60,891 nt of DNA, from assembly GCA_032718475.1 (NCBI GenBank), contig JAUCBJ010006071.1:1-60891 (forward strand), in the 5' to 3' direction. The DNA is from Nemertoderma westbladi. Its lineage: Eukaryota; Animalia; Xenacoelomorpha. Under the pieces are notes generated by a model. It saw only the letters and a list, made by a program, of their open reading frames with translations. It did not search any database and was not told the DNA's origin. Both the position numbers and the translations under genes were made by a program. Positions 37,129 to 49,700 of the stretch are shown piece after piece; positions within the stretch are counted from its first letter, which is position 1, and each line of letters opens with the position of its first letter.

Positions 37129-39406
37129 GTAAGTAAGTAGGCAAAACCGCGGTGCGTCCGTAATCTGGTACGGCTGGGCGTCCGCAATCTGGTACGGCTG
37201 GGCGTCCGCAATCTGGTATGGCTGTGCGTCCGTAATCTGGTACGGCTGTGCGTCAAATCTGGTACGGCTGTGCGTCTGTAATCTGGTACGGCTGTGCGTC
37301 CGTAATCTGGTACGGCTGTGCGTCAAATCTGGTACGGCTGTGCGTCTGTAATCTGGTACGGCTGTGCGTCCGTAATCTGGTACGGCTGTGCGTCCGTAAT
37401 CTGGTACGGCTGTGCGTCCGTAATCTGGTACGGCTGTGCGTCAAATCTGGTACGGCTGTGCGTCAAATCTGGTACGGCTGTGCGTCTGTAATCTGGTACG
37501 GCTGTGCGTCCGTAATCTGGTACGGCTGTGCGTCCGTACTCTGGTACGGCTGTGCGTCCGTATTCTGGTATGGCTGTGCGTCCGTACTCTGGTACGGCTG
37601 TGCGTCTGTAATCTGGTACGGCTGTGCGTCCGTAATCTGGTACGGCTGTGCGTCTGTAATCTGGTACGGCTGTGCGTCCGTAATCTGGTACGGCTGTGCG
37701 TCCGTAATCTGGTACGGCTGTGCGTCCGTACTCTGGTACGGCTGTGCGTCCGTACACTGGTACGGCTGTGCGTCTGTACTCTGGTACGGCTGTGCATCCG
37801 TACTCTGGTACGGCTGTGCGTCCGTACTCTGGTATGGCTGTGCGTCCGTACTCTGGTACGGCTGTGCGTCCGTAATCTGGTATGGCTGTGCGTCCGTACT
37901 CTGGTACGGCTGTGCGTCCGTACTCTGGTACGGCTGTGCGTCCGTACTCTGGTACGGCTGTGCATCCGTAATCTGATATGGCTGTGCGTCCATAATCTGA
38001 TATGGCTGTGCGTACGTACTCTGGTACGGCTGTGCGTCCATACTCTGGTACGGCTGTGCGTCCATAATCTGGTATGGCTGTGCATCCGTACTCTGGTACA
38101 GCTGTGCGTCCGTACTCTGGTACAGCTGTGCGTCCGTAATCTGGTACGGCTGTGCGTCCGCAACCTGGTACGGCTGTGCGTCCGTACTCTGGTATGGCTG
38201 TGCATCCGTAATCTGGTACGGCTATGCCTCCGTGCTCTGGTATGGCTGTGCATCCGTACTCTGGTATGGCTGTGCATCCGTACTCTGGTACGGCTGTACG
38301 TCCGTAATCTGGTACGGCTGTGCATCCGTAATCTGGTACGGCTATGCATCCGTAATCTGGTACGACTGTGCGTCCGTAATCTGGTATGGCTGTGCGTCCA
38401 TACTCTGGTACGGCTGTGCGTCCGTAATCTGGTATGGCTGTGCGTCCATACTCTGGTATGGCTGTGCGTCCGTACACTGGTACGGCTGTGTGTCTGTACT
38501 CTGGTATGGCTGTGCGTCCGTAAACTAGAACGGCTGTGTGTCTGTAATCTGGTATGGCTGTGCGTCCGTAATTTGGTACGGCTGTGCGTCCGTAATCTGG
38601 TACGGCTGTGCGTCCGCAACCTGGTACGGCTGTGCGTCCGTACTCTGGTATGGCTGTGCATCCGTAATCTGGTACGGCTGTGCCTCCGTACTCTGGTATG
38701 GCTGTGCATCCGTACTCTGGTATGGCTGTGCATCCGTACTCTGGTACGGCTGTACGTCCGTAATCTGGTACGGCTGTGCATCCGTAATCTGGTACGGCTA
38801 TGCATCCGTAATCTGGTACGACTGTGCGTCCGTAATCTGGTACGGCTGTGCATCCGTAATCTGGTACGGCTGTGCGTCCGTAATCTGGTATGGCTGTGCG
38901 TCCATACTCTGGTATGGATGTGCGTCCGTACTCTGGTACGGCTGTGTGTCTGTACTCTGGTATGGCTGTGCGTCCGTAAACTAGAACGGCTGTGTGTCTG
39001 TAATCTGGTATGGCTGTGCGTCCGTAATTTGGTATGGCTGTGCGTCCGTACTCTGGTATGGCTGTGCATCCGTAATCTGGTATGGCTGTGCGTCCGTAAT
39101 CTGGTATGGCTGTGCGTCTGTAATCTGGTATGGCTGTGCGTCCGTACTCTGGTATGGCTGTGCGTCCGTAATCTGGTATGGCTGTGCATCCATACTCTGG
39201 TATGGTTGTGCGTCCGTAATCTGGTATGGGTGTGCATCCATAATCTGGTATGGCTGTGCGTCCGTACTCTGGTACGGCTGTGCGTCCGTACTCTGGTACG
39301 GCTGTGCGTCCGTAATCTGGTACGGATGTGCGTCCATAATCTGGTATGGCTGTGCGTCCATAATCTGATACGGATGTGCGTCCGTAATCTGGAACAGCTG
39401 TGCGTC

Positions 39407-40756
39407 TGTTGCCGTTATTCCCAACACCAGGGGGAAAACGCCGATGCTGGTGGCGGAATTTTCAGACCACTTGATTCCGGCCAGTCACCGGGTATTGGGA
39501 GTGGAGAAGGAGATATTACCTGAGATGCAGAATTGCGAGTAGAGAAAAAGCTGCATTGGTTGGATATAATCTATACCTATAAAAATCAAATTCTCTCTCT
39601 CTGTGTTCGAACTCCTCCAAAACGGGCGGAGGAATTGCGCTGGGACTTGGCATGTGTGTATAACTTTAACCAGCGGTCGTTATAGGCCACTTTTCGAAAA
39701 GTTTAATTCACGTTCGGTACCGGTACTGGGTACCGGTACGTCAGTAGGCCTATACCGGTACCAGTACGCCAGTAGGCCTATGCCGGTAGCGGGAAATACC
39801 GGGAAACAAGTCTCGGGTATTGCCTGCTAGTCTTTAATATAACTTAAACTCTGATTGAACTCTGATTGAGAATAATTTGGGCTTCCCCACACCAATATAC
39901 CAAATATTCACAATAATACACAAATATATAAATTCCTACAGTACATTATTTAATTACCCACTGTTTGCTTTCAGATTTTAACCTAACTAATGATCCCCAT
40001 TTTCCCTTGGTCCTAGTCCTGGTACCGTAGTGTCAGTATCGGTCGACCCTGTTGCGTGTCCGTCCCACCCTTCCCGAACCCCGGAGAGATCGGTCATCAG
40101 GAAAGCGGTACGGCTTGGCTAGGGGTCTGTCGACCCATTGTGAGTCCCAACCGTCGGAGCTTTCCGAATCCTTTTCAGACTCGTACTAATGCCAGTCGTG
40201 GAACCCACGCCAGGAAGTCAGTCCTCGTCGAACCCTTCCTTTGTCCAGTCGGTCGATCCTTTGCAAGTCCCTGGTGCAGTCAGCAAGCTTTCCGAATCCT
40301 TTTCAGGCTCGTAATCGCTGCCGGTGACCAGGGACCGCTAAGGATCTGTCAGTTCCCGTCGCAAATCCCTGGCGCAATCAGCAAGCTTTCCGAATCCTTT
40401 TCAGGCTCGTAATCGGTGCTGGTGGCCAGGAACCGCTAAGGGCAGTCCTTGTCCCCAGGCCTAGCGGGTTACCAACTATCGAAGTAGAAGGAGGTTGTCT
40501 AGCCCTAAATAACTATCAGGCAACCCTGACAGCTAAAGTACTGCTTGATTTTACCTCCCACCCTTGGCCCTTAAATATCTGATATGAGTCCCGTGCCCCG
40601 TAAGTCGCCCCAATATTCGCCCATAAATCGCCCCCAGTCTATTGAATATACCCAAATTTTATGTTCCCACACCCAGTACTGATATTGGAATATTCATAAC
40701 AAATAAATCCAAAAAATATTTAACTCGCGTTATGGCAAATTGAAATACCGCGAACA
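39407..40756 (-). mobile_element. Solo LTR inserted in the satellite
   Basis: TGTT...AACA termini; exact 5-bp TSD GCGTC (39402-39406, 40757-40761); minus-strand TATTTAAG (~40575) and ATTAAA (~39835); three internal GCTTTCCGAATCCTTTTCAG repeats. Confidence 0.88.
39570..39830 (+). mobile_element. 261-bp non-autonomous Helitron nested in the solo LTR
   Basis: A|TC...CTAG|T with no TSD; subterminal hairpin ATACCGGGA..TCTCGGGTAT. Confidence 0.85.
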
Positions 40757-43700
40757 GCGTCCATAATCTGATATGGCTGTGCGTCCGTACTCTGGTATGG
40801 CTGTGCGTCCGTAATCTGGTACGGCTGTGCATCCGTAATCTGGTACATCTGTGTGTCCGTAATCTGGTACGGGTGTGCGTCTGTAATCTGGTATGGCTGT
40901 GCGCCCGTAATCTGGTACGGATGTGCGTCCATACTCTGGTACGGCTGTGCATACGTGATCTGGTATGGCTGTGTGTCCGTAATCTGGTACGGCTGTGCGT
41001 CCGTACTCTGGTACGGCTGTGCGTCCGTAATCTGGTACAGCTGTGCGTCCGTACTCTGGTACAGCTGTGCGTCCATACTATGGTATGGCTGTGCGTCCGT
41101 AATCTGGTACGGCTGTGCGTCCGTACTCTGGTACGGCTGTGCGTCCTAATCTGGTACGGCTGTGCGTCCGTACTCTGGTACGGCTGTGCGTCCGTACTCT
41201 GGTACGGCTGTGCATCCGTAATCTGGTACGGCTGTGCGTCCGTAATCTGGTACGGCTGTGCATCCGTAATCTGGTATGGCTGTGCGTCCGTAATCTGGTA
41301 TGGCTGTGCGTCCGTACTCTGGTATGGCTGTGCGTCCGTAATCTGGTACGGCTGTGCGTCCGTAATCTGGTACGGCTGTGCGTCCGTAATCTGGTACGGC
41401 TGTGCGTCCGTAATCTGGTACGGCTGTGCGTCTGTAATCTGGTACGGCTGTGCGTCCGTGATCTGGTACGGCTGTGCGTCCGTAATCTGGTACGGCTGTG
41501 CGTCCGTAATCTGGTACGGCTGTGTGTCCGTACTCTGGTACGGCTATGCGTCCGTACTCTGGTACGGCTGTGCATCCGTAATCTGGTACGGCTGTGCATC
41601 CGTAATCTGGTACGGCTGTGCATCCGTAATCTGGTATGGCTGTGCGTCCATACTCTGGTATGGCTGTGCGTCCGTAAAGTGGTACGGCTGTGCGTCCGAA
41701 AAGTGGTACGGCTGTGCATCTGTAATCTGGTACGGCTGTGCGTCCGTAATCTGGTACGGCTGTGCGTCCGTAATCTGGTACGGCTGTGCGTCCGTGATCT
41801 GGTACGGCTGTGCGTCCGTAATCTGGTACGGCTGTGCGTCCGTAATCTGGTACGGCTGTGTGTCCGTAATGTGGTACGGCTGTGCATCCGTAATCTGGTA
41901 TGGCTGTGCGTCTGTACTCTGGTATGGCTGTGCGTCCATACTCTGGTATGGCTGTGTGTCTGTACTCTGGTACGGCTGTGTGTCCGTACTCTGGTATGGC
42001 TGTGCGTCCGTAATCTGGTATGGCTGTGCGTCCGTAACCTGGTACGCCTGTGCGTCCGTAATCTGGTACGGCTGTGCATCCGTACTCTGGTACGGCTGTG
42101 TGTCCGTAATCTGGTATGGCTGTGCGTCCGTACTCTGGTATGGCTGTGCGTCCGTAATCTGGTATGGCTGTGCATCCATACTCTGGTATGACTGTGCGTC
42201 CGTACTCTGGTACGGCTGTGCGTCCTTAATCTGGTACGGCTGTGCATCCATAATCTGGTACAGTTGTGCGTCCAGAATCTGATACGGCTGTGCGTCCGTA
42301 CTCTGGTACAGCTGTGCGTCCGTAATCTGGTATGGCTGTGCGTCCATAATCTGGAACAGCTGTGCGTCCGTAATCTAGTATGGCTGTGCGTCCGTAATCT
42401 GGTATGGCTGTGCGTCCGTAATCTGGTATGGCTGTGCGTCCGTATTCTGGTACGGCTGTGTGTCCGTGATCTGGTATGGCTGTGTGTCCGTAATCTGGTA
42501 TGGCTGTGCGTCCGTAATCTGGTATGGCTGTGCATCCGTGATGGTATGGCTGTGCATCCGTAATCTGGTATGGCTGTGCGTCCGTGATATGGTATGGCTG
42601 TGCGTCCATAATCTGGTATGGCAGTGCGTTCGTACTCTGGTATGGCTGTGCTTCCGTAATCTGGTATGGCTGTGTGTCCGTAATCTGGTACGGCTGTGCG
42701 TCCGTAATCTGGTACAGCTGTGCGTCCGTAATCTGGTATGGCAGTGCGTTCGTACTCTGGTATGGCTGTGCTTCCGTAATCTGGTATGGCTGTGTGTCCG
42801 TAATCTGGTACGGCTGTGCGTCTGTAATCTGGTACAGCTGTGTGTCCCTAATCTGGTACGGCTGTGTGTCCGTAATCTGGTACGGCTGTGTGTCCATAAT
42901 CTGGTACGGCTGTGCATCTGTAATCTGGTACGGCTGTACCTCCATACTCTGGTATGGCTGTGCGTCCATAATCTGGTACGGCTGTGCGTCCGTAATCTGG
43001 TATGGCTGTGCATCCGTAATCTGGTACGGCTGTGCGTCCGTAATCTGGTACGGCTGTGCGTCCGTAATCTGATACGGCTGTGCGTCTGTACTCTGGTACA
43101 GCTGTGCATCCGTAATCTGATATGGCTGTGCGTCCGTAATCTGGTATGGCTGTGCATCCGTAATCTGATACGGCTGTGCATCCGTAATCTTGTACAGCTG
43201 TGCACCCGTACTCTATTATGGCTGTGCATCAGTACTCTGGTACGGCTGTGCGTCCGTACTCTGGTACGGCTGTGCATCCGTAAACTGGTACAGCTGTGCG
43301 CCCGTAATCTGGTATGGCTGTGTGTCCGTAATCTGGTATGGCTGTGCGTCCGTAATCTGGTACGGCTGTGCGTCCGTACTCTGGTACGGCTGTGCACCCG
43401 TCCTATGGTACGGCTGTGCGTCTGTACTCTGGTACGGCTGTGCATCCGTACTCTGGTACGGCTGTGCGTCTGTAATCTGGTACGGATGTGCGTCCGTAAT
43501 CTGGTACAGCTGTGCGTCCGTAATCTGATATGGCTGTGCGTCCGTACTCTGGTATGGCTGTGCGTCCGTACTCTGGTACGGCTGTGCGTCCGTAATCTGG
43601 TACAGCTGTGCGTCCGTACTCTGGTACAGCTGTGCGTCCATACTATGGTATGGCTGTGCGTCCGTAATCTGGTACGGCTGTGCGTCCGCAACCTGGTACG

Positions 43701-46700
43701 GATGTGCGTCCATAATCTGGTAAGGCTGTGCGTCCGTACTCTGGTACGGCTATGCGTCCGTACTCTGGTACAGCTGTGCATCCGTAATCTGGTACGGCTG
43801 TGCATCCGTAATCTGGTACGGCTACGCATCCGTAATCTGGTACGGCTGTGCATCCGTAATCTGGTATGGCTGTGCGTCCATACTCTGGTATGGCTGTGCG
43901 TCCGTAAAGTGGTACGGCTGTGCGTCCGAAAAGTGGTACGGCTGTGCATCTGTAATCTGGTACGGCTGTGCGTCCGTGATCTGGTACGGCTGTGTGTCCA
44001 TAATCTGGTACGGCAGTGCGTCCATAATCTGGTACGGCTGTGCGTCCTTAATCTGGTACGGCTGTGCGTCTGTACTCTGGTACGGCTGTGCGTCCATAAT
44101 CTGGTACGGCTGTGCGTCTGTAATCTGGTATGGCTGTGCGTCCGTACTCTGGTATGGCTTTGCATCCGTACTCTGGTACGGCTGTGTGTCCGTACTCTGG
44201 TATGGCTGTGCGTCCGTAAACTGGAACGGCTGTGTGTCTGTAATCTGGTATGGCTGTGTGTCCGTAACCTGGCACGCATGTGCGTTCGTCATCTGGTACG
44301 GCTGTGCGTCCGTAATCTGGTATGGCTGTGCATCTGTACTCTGGTATGGCTGTGCGTCCGTAATCTGGTATGGCTGTGCGTCCGTACTCTGGTATGGCTG
44401 TGTGTCCACACTCTGGTACAGCTGTGCGTCCGTAATCTGGTATGGCTGTGCATCCGTAAACTGGAACGGCTGTGCGTTCGTCATCTGGTACGGCTGTGCG
44501 TCCGTAATCTGGTATGGCTGTGCGTCCGTACTCTGGTATGGCTGTGCGTCCGTACTCTGGTACGGTTGTGCGTCCAGAATCTGATACGGCTTTGCGTCCA
44601 TACTCTGGTATGGCTGTGCGTCCGTAATCTGGTACGGCTGTGCGTCCGTAATCTGGAACAGCTGTGCGTCCGTAATTTGATACGGATGTGGGTCCGTACT
44701 CTGGTACGGCTGTGCGTCCGTAATCTGGTATGGCTGTGCGTCCGTAATCTGGAACAGCTGTGCGTCCGTAATCTGATACGGATGTGGGTCCGTACTCTGG
44801 TACGGTTGTGCTTCCAGAATCTGATACGGCTTTGCGTCCATACTCTTGTATGGCTGTGCATCCGTAATCTGGTACGGCTGTGCGTCCGTAATCTGGTACA
44901 GCTGTGTGTCCCTAATCTGGTACGGCTGTGTGTCCGTAATCTGGTACGGCTGTGTGTCCATAATCTGGTACGGCTGTGCATCTGTAATCTGGTACGGCTG
45001 TACCTCCATACTCTGGTATGGCTGTGCGTCCATAATCTGGTACGGCTGTGCGTCCGTAATCTGGTATGGCTGTGCATCCGTAATCTGGTACGGCTGTGCG
45101 TCCGTAATCTGGTACGGCTGTGCGTCCGTAATCTGATACGGCTGTGCGTCTGTACTCTGGTACAGCTGTGCATCCGTAATCTGATATGGCTGTGCGTCCG
45201 TAATCTGGTATGGCTGTGCATCCGTAATCTGATACGGCTGTGCATCCGTAATCTTGTACAGCTGTGCACCCGTACTCTATTATGGCTGTGCATCAGTACT
45301 CTGGTACGGCTGTGCGTCCGTACTCTGGTACGGCTGTGCATCCGTAAACTGGTACAGCTGTGCGCCCGTAATCTGGTATGGCTGTGTGTCCGTAATCTGG
45401 TATGGCTGTGCGTCCGTAATCTGGTACGGCTGTGCGTCCGTACTCTGGTACGGCTGTGCACCCGTCCTATGGTACGGCTGTGCGTCTGTACTCTGGTACG
45501 GCTGTGCATCCGTACTCTGGTACGGCTGTGCGTCTGTAATCTGGTACGGATGTGCGTCCGTAATCTGGTACAGCTGTGCGTCCGTAATCTGATATGGCTG
45601 TGCGTCCGTACTCTGGTACGGCTGTGCGTCCGTACTCTGGTACGGCTGTGCGTCCGTAATCTGGTACAGCTGTGCGTCCGTACTCTGGTACAGCTGTGCG
45701 TCCATACTATGGTATGGCTGTGCGTCCGTAATCTGGTACGGCTGTGCGTCCGCAACCTGGTACGGATGTGCGTCCATAATCTGGTAAGGCTGTGCGTCCG
45801 TACTCTGGTACGGCTATGCGTCCGTACTCTGGTACAGCTGTGCATCCGTAATCTGGTACGGCTGTGCATCCGTAATCTGGTACGGCTACGCATCCGTAAT
45901 CTGGTACGGCTGTGCATCCGTAATCTGGTATGGCTGTGCGTCCATACTCTGGTACGGCTGTGCGTCCGTAAAGTGGTACGGCTGTGCGTCCGAAAAGTGG
46001 TACGGCTGTGCATCTGTAATCTGGTACAGCTGTGCGTCCGTGATCTGGTACGGCTGTGTGTCCATAATCTGGTACGGCAGTGCGTCCATAATCTGGTACG
46101 GCTGTGCGTCCTTAATCTGGTACGGCTGTGCGTCTGTACTCTGGTACGGCTGTGCGTCCATAATCTGGTACGGCTGTGCGTCTGTAATCTGGTATGGCTG
46201 TGCGTCCGTACTCTGGTATGGCTTTGCATCCGTACTCTGGTACGGCTGTGTGTCCGTACTCTGGTATGGCTGTGCGTCCGTAAACTGGAACGGCTGTGTG
46301 TCTGTAATCTGGTATGGCTGTGTGTCCGTAACCTGGCACGCATGTGCGTTCGTCATCTGGTACGGCTGTGCGTCCGTAATCTGGTATGGCTGTGCATCTG
46401 TACTCTGGTATGGCTGTGCGTCCGTAATCTGGTATGGCTGTGCGTCCGTACTCTGGTATGGCTGTGTGTCCACACTCTGGTACAGCTGTGCGTCCGTAAT
46501 CTGGTATGGCTGTGCATCCGTAAACTGGAACGGCTGTGCGTTCGTCATCTGGTACGGCTGTGCGTCCGTAATCTGGTATGGCTGTGCGTCCGTACTCTGG
46601 TATGGCTGTGCGTCCGTACTCTGGTACGGTTGTGCGTCCAGAATCTGATACGGCTTTGCGTCCATACTCTGGTATGGCTGTGCGTCCGTAATCTGGTACG

Positions 46701-49700
46701 GCTGTGCGTCCGTAATCTGGAACAGCTGTGCGTCCGTAATTTGATACGGATGTGGGTCCGTACTCTGGTACGGCTGTGCGTCCGTAATCTGGTATGGCTG
46801 TGCGTCCGTAATCTGGAACAGCTGTGCGTCCGTAATCTGATACGGATGTGGGTCCGTACTCTGGTACGGTTGTGCTTCCAGAATCTGATACGGCTTTGCG
46901 TCCATACTCTTGTATGGCTGTGCGTCCGTAATCTGGTACGGCTGTGCGTCCGTAATCTGGAACAGCTGTGCGTCCGTAATCTGATACGGATGTGGGTCCG
47001 TACTCTGGTATGGCTGTGCGTCCGTAAACTGGAACGGCTGTGTGTCTGTAATCTGGTACGGCTGTGCGTCCGTAACCTGGCACGCATGTGCGTTCGTCAT
47101 CTGGTACGGCTGTGCATCCGTAATCTGGTATGGCTGTGCGTCCGTACTCTGGTATGGCTGTGTGTCCGCACTCTGGTACAGCTGTGCGTCCGTAATCTGG
47201 TATGGCTGTGCATCCGTAAACTGGAACGGCTGTGCGTTCGTCATCTGGTACGGCTGTGCGTCCGTAATCTGGTATGGCTGTGCGTCCGTACTCTGGTATG
47301 GCTGTGCGTCCGTACTCTGGTACGGTTGTGCGTCCAGAATCTGATACGGCTTTGCGTCCATACTCTGGTATGGCTGTGCGTCCGTAATCTGGTACGGCTG
47401 TGCGTCCGTAATCTGGAACAGCTGTGCGTCCGTAATCTGATACGGATGTGGGTCCGTACTCTGGTACGGCTGTGCGTCCGTAATCTGGTACGGCTGTGCG
47501 TCCGTAATCTGGTATGGCTGTGTGTCCGCACTCTGGTACAGCTGTGCGTCCGTAATCTGGTATGGCTGTGCATCCATAAACTGGAACGGCTGTGTGTCTG
47601 TAATCTGGTACGGCTGTGCGTCCGTAACCTGGCACGCATGTGCGTTCGTCATCTGGTACGGCTTTGCGTCTGTAATCTGGTATGGCTGTGCGTCCGTACT
47701 CTGGTATGGCTGTGCGTCCGTACTCTGGTACGGTTGTGCGTCCAGAATCTGATAAGGCTTTGCGTCCATACTCTGGTATGGCTGTGCGTCCGTAATCTGG
47801 TACGGCTGTGCGTCCGTAATCTGGAACAGCTGTGCGTCCGTAATCTGATACGGATGTGGGTCCGTACTCTGGTACGGCTGTGCGTCCGTAATCTGGTATG
47901 GCTGTGCGTCCTTAATCTGGTACAGCTGTGTGTCCGTAATCTGGTATGGCTGTGCGTCCGTAATCTGGTATGGCTGTGCATCCGTAATCTGGTATGGCTG
48001 TGGGTCCGTACTCTGGTACGGCTGTGCGTCCGTGATCTGGTATGGCTGTGTGTCCGTAATCTGGTATGGCTGTGCGTCCGTGATCAGGGACGGCTGTGTG
48101 TCCATAATCTGGTACGGCTGTGCGTCCGTAATCTGGTATGGCTGTGCGTCCGTGATATGGTACGGCTGTGCGTCTGTAATCTGGAATGGCTGTTCGTCCG
48201 TGATATGTTATGGCTGTGCGTCCGTAATCTGGTATGGCAGTGCGTCCGTACTCTGGTATGGCTGTGCGTCGGTAATCTGGTATGGCTGTGTGTCCGTACT
48301 CTGGTATGGCTGTGCGTCCGTAATCTGGTACAGCTGTGCGTCCGTAATCTGGTACGGCTGTGCGTCCGTACTCTGGTATGGCTGTGCGTCCATTATCTGG
48401 TATGGCTGTGCGTTCGTACTCTGGTATGGCTGTGCGTCCGTACTCTGGTACGGCTGTGCGTCCATAATCTGGTACGGCTGTGCATCCATAATCTGGTACG
48501 GTTGTGCATCCAGAATCTGATACAGCTGTGCGTCCGTACTCTGGTACGGCTGTGCGTCCGTAATCTGGTATGGCTGTGCGTCCGTAATCTGGAACAGCTG
48601 TGCGTCTGTAATCTGATACGGCTGTGCATCCGTACTCTGGTACAGCTGTGTGTCCGTAATCTGGTACGGCTGTGCGTCCGTACTCTGGTATGGCTGTGCG
48701 TCCATTATCTGGTATGGCTGTGCGTCCGTACTCTGGTATGGCTGTGCGTCCGTACTCTGGTATGGCTGTGCGTCCGTAATCTGGTATGGCTGTGCGTCCG
48801 TAATCTGGAACAGCTGTGCGTCTGTAATCTGATACGGCTGTGCATCCGTACTCTGGTACAGCTGTGTGTCCGTAATCTGGTACGGCTGTGCGTCCGTACT
48901 CTGGTATGTCTGTGCGTCCATTATCTGGTATGGCTGTGCGTCCGTACTCTGGTATGGCTGTGCGTCCGTACTCTGGTATGGCTGTGCGTCCGTAATCTGG
49001 TACGGCTGTGCATCCATAATCTGGTACGGTTGTGCATCCAGAATCTGATATGGCTGTGCGTCCGTACTCTGGTACGGCTGTGCGTCCGTAATCTGGTACG
49101 GCTGTGCTTTCCGTAATCTGGAACAGCTGTGCGTCCGTAATCTGATACGGCTGTGCGTCCGTACTCTGGTATGGCTGTGCGTCCGTAATCTGGTACAGCT
49201 GTGCGTCCGTACTCTGGTACAGCTGTGCGTCCATACTATGGTATGGCTGTGCGTCCGTAATCTGGTACGGCTGTGCGTCCGCAACCTGGTACGGATGTGC
49301 GTCCATAATCTGGTAAGGCTGTGCGTCCGTACTCTGGTACGGCTATGCGTCCGTACTCTGGTACAGCTGTGCATCCGTAATCTGGTACGGCTGTGCATCC
49401 GTAATCTGGTACGGCTACGCATCCGTAATCTGGTACGGCTGTGCATCCGTAATCTGGTATGGCTGTGCGTCCATACTCTGGTACGGCTGTGCGTCCGTAA
49501 AGTGGTACGGCTGTGCGTCCGAAAAGTGGTACGGCTGTGCATCTGTAATCTGGTACAGCTGTGCGTCCGTGATCTGGTACGGCTGTGTGTCCATAATCTG
49601 GTACGGCAGTGCGTCCATAATCTGGTACGGCTGTGCGTCCTTAATCTGGTACGGCTGTGCGTCTGTACTCTGGTACGGCTGTGCGTCCATAATCTGGTAC

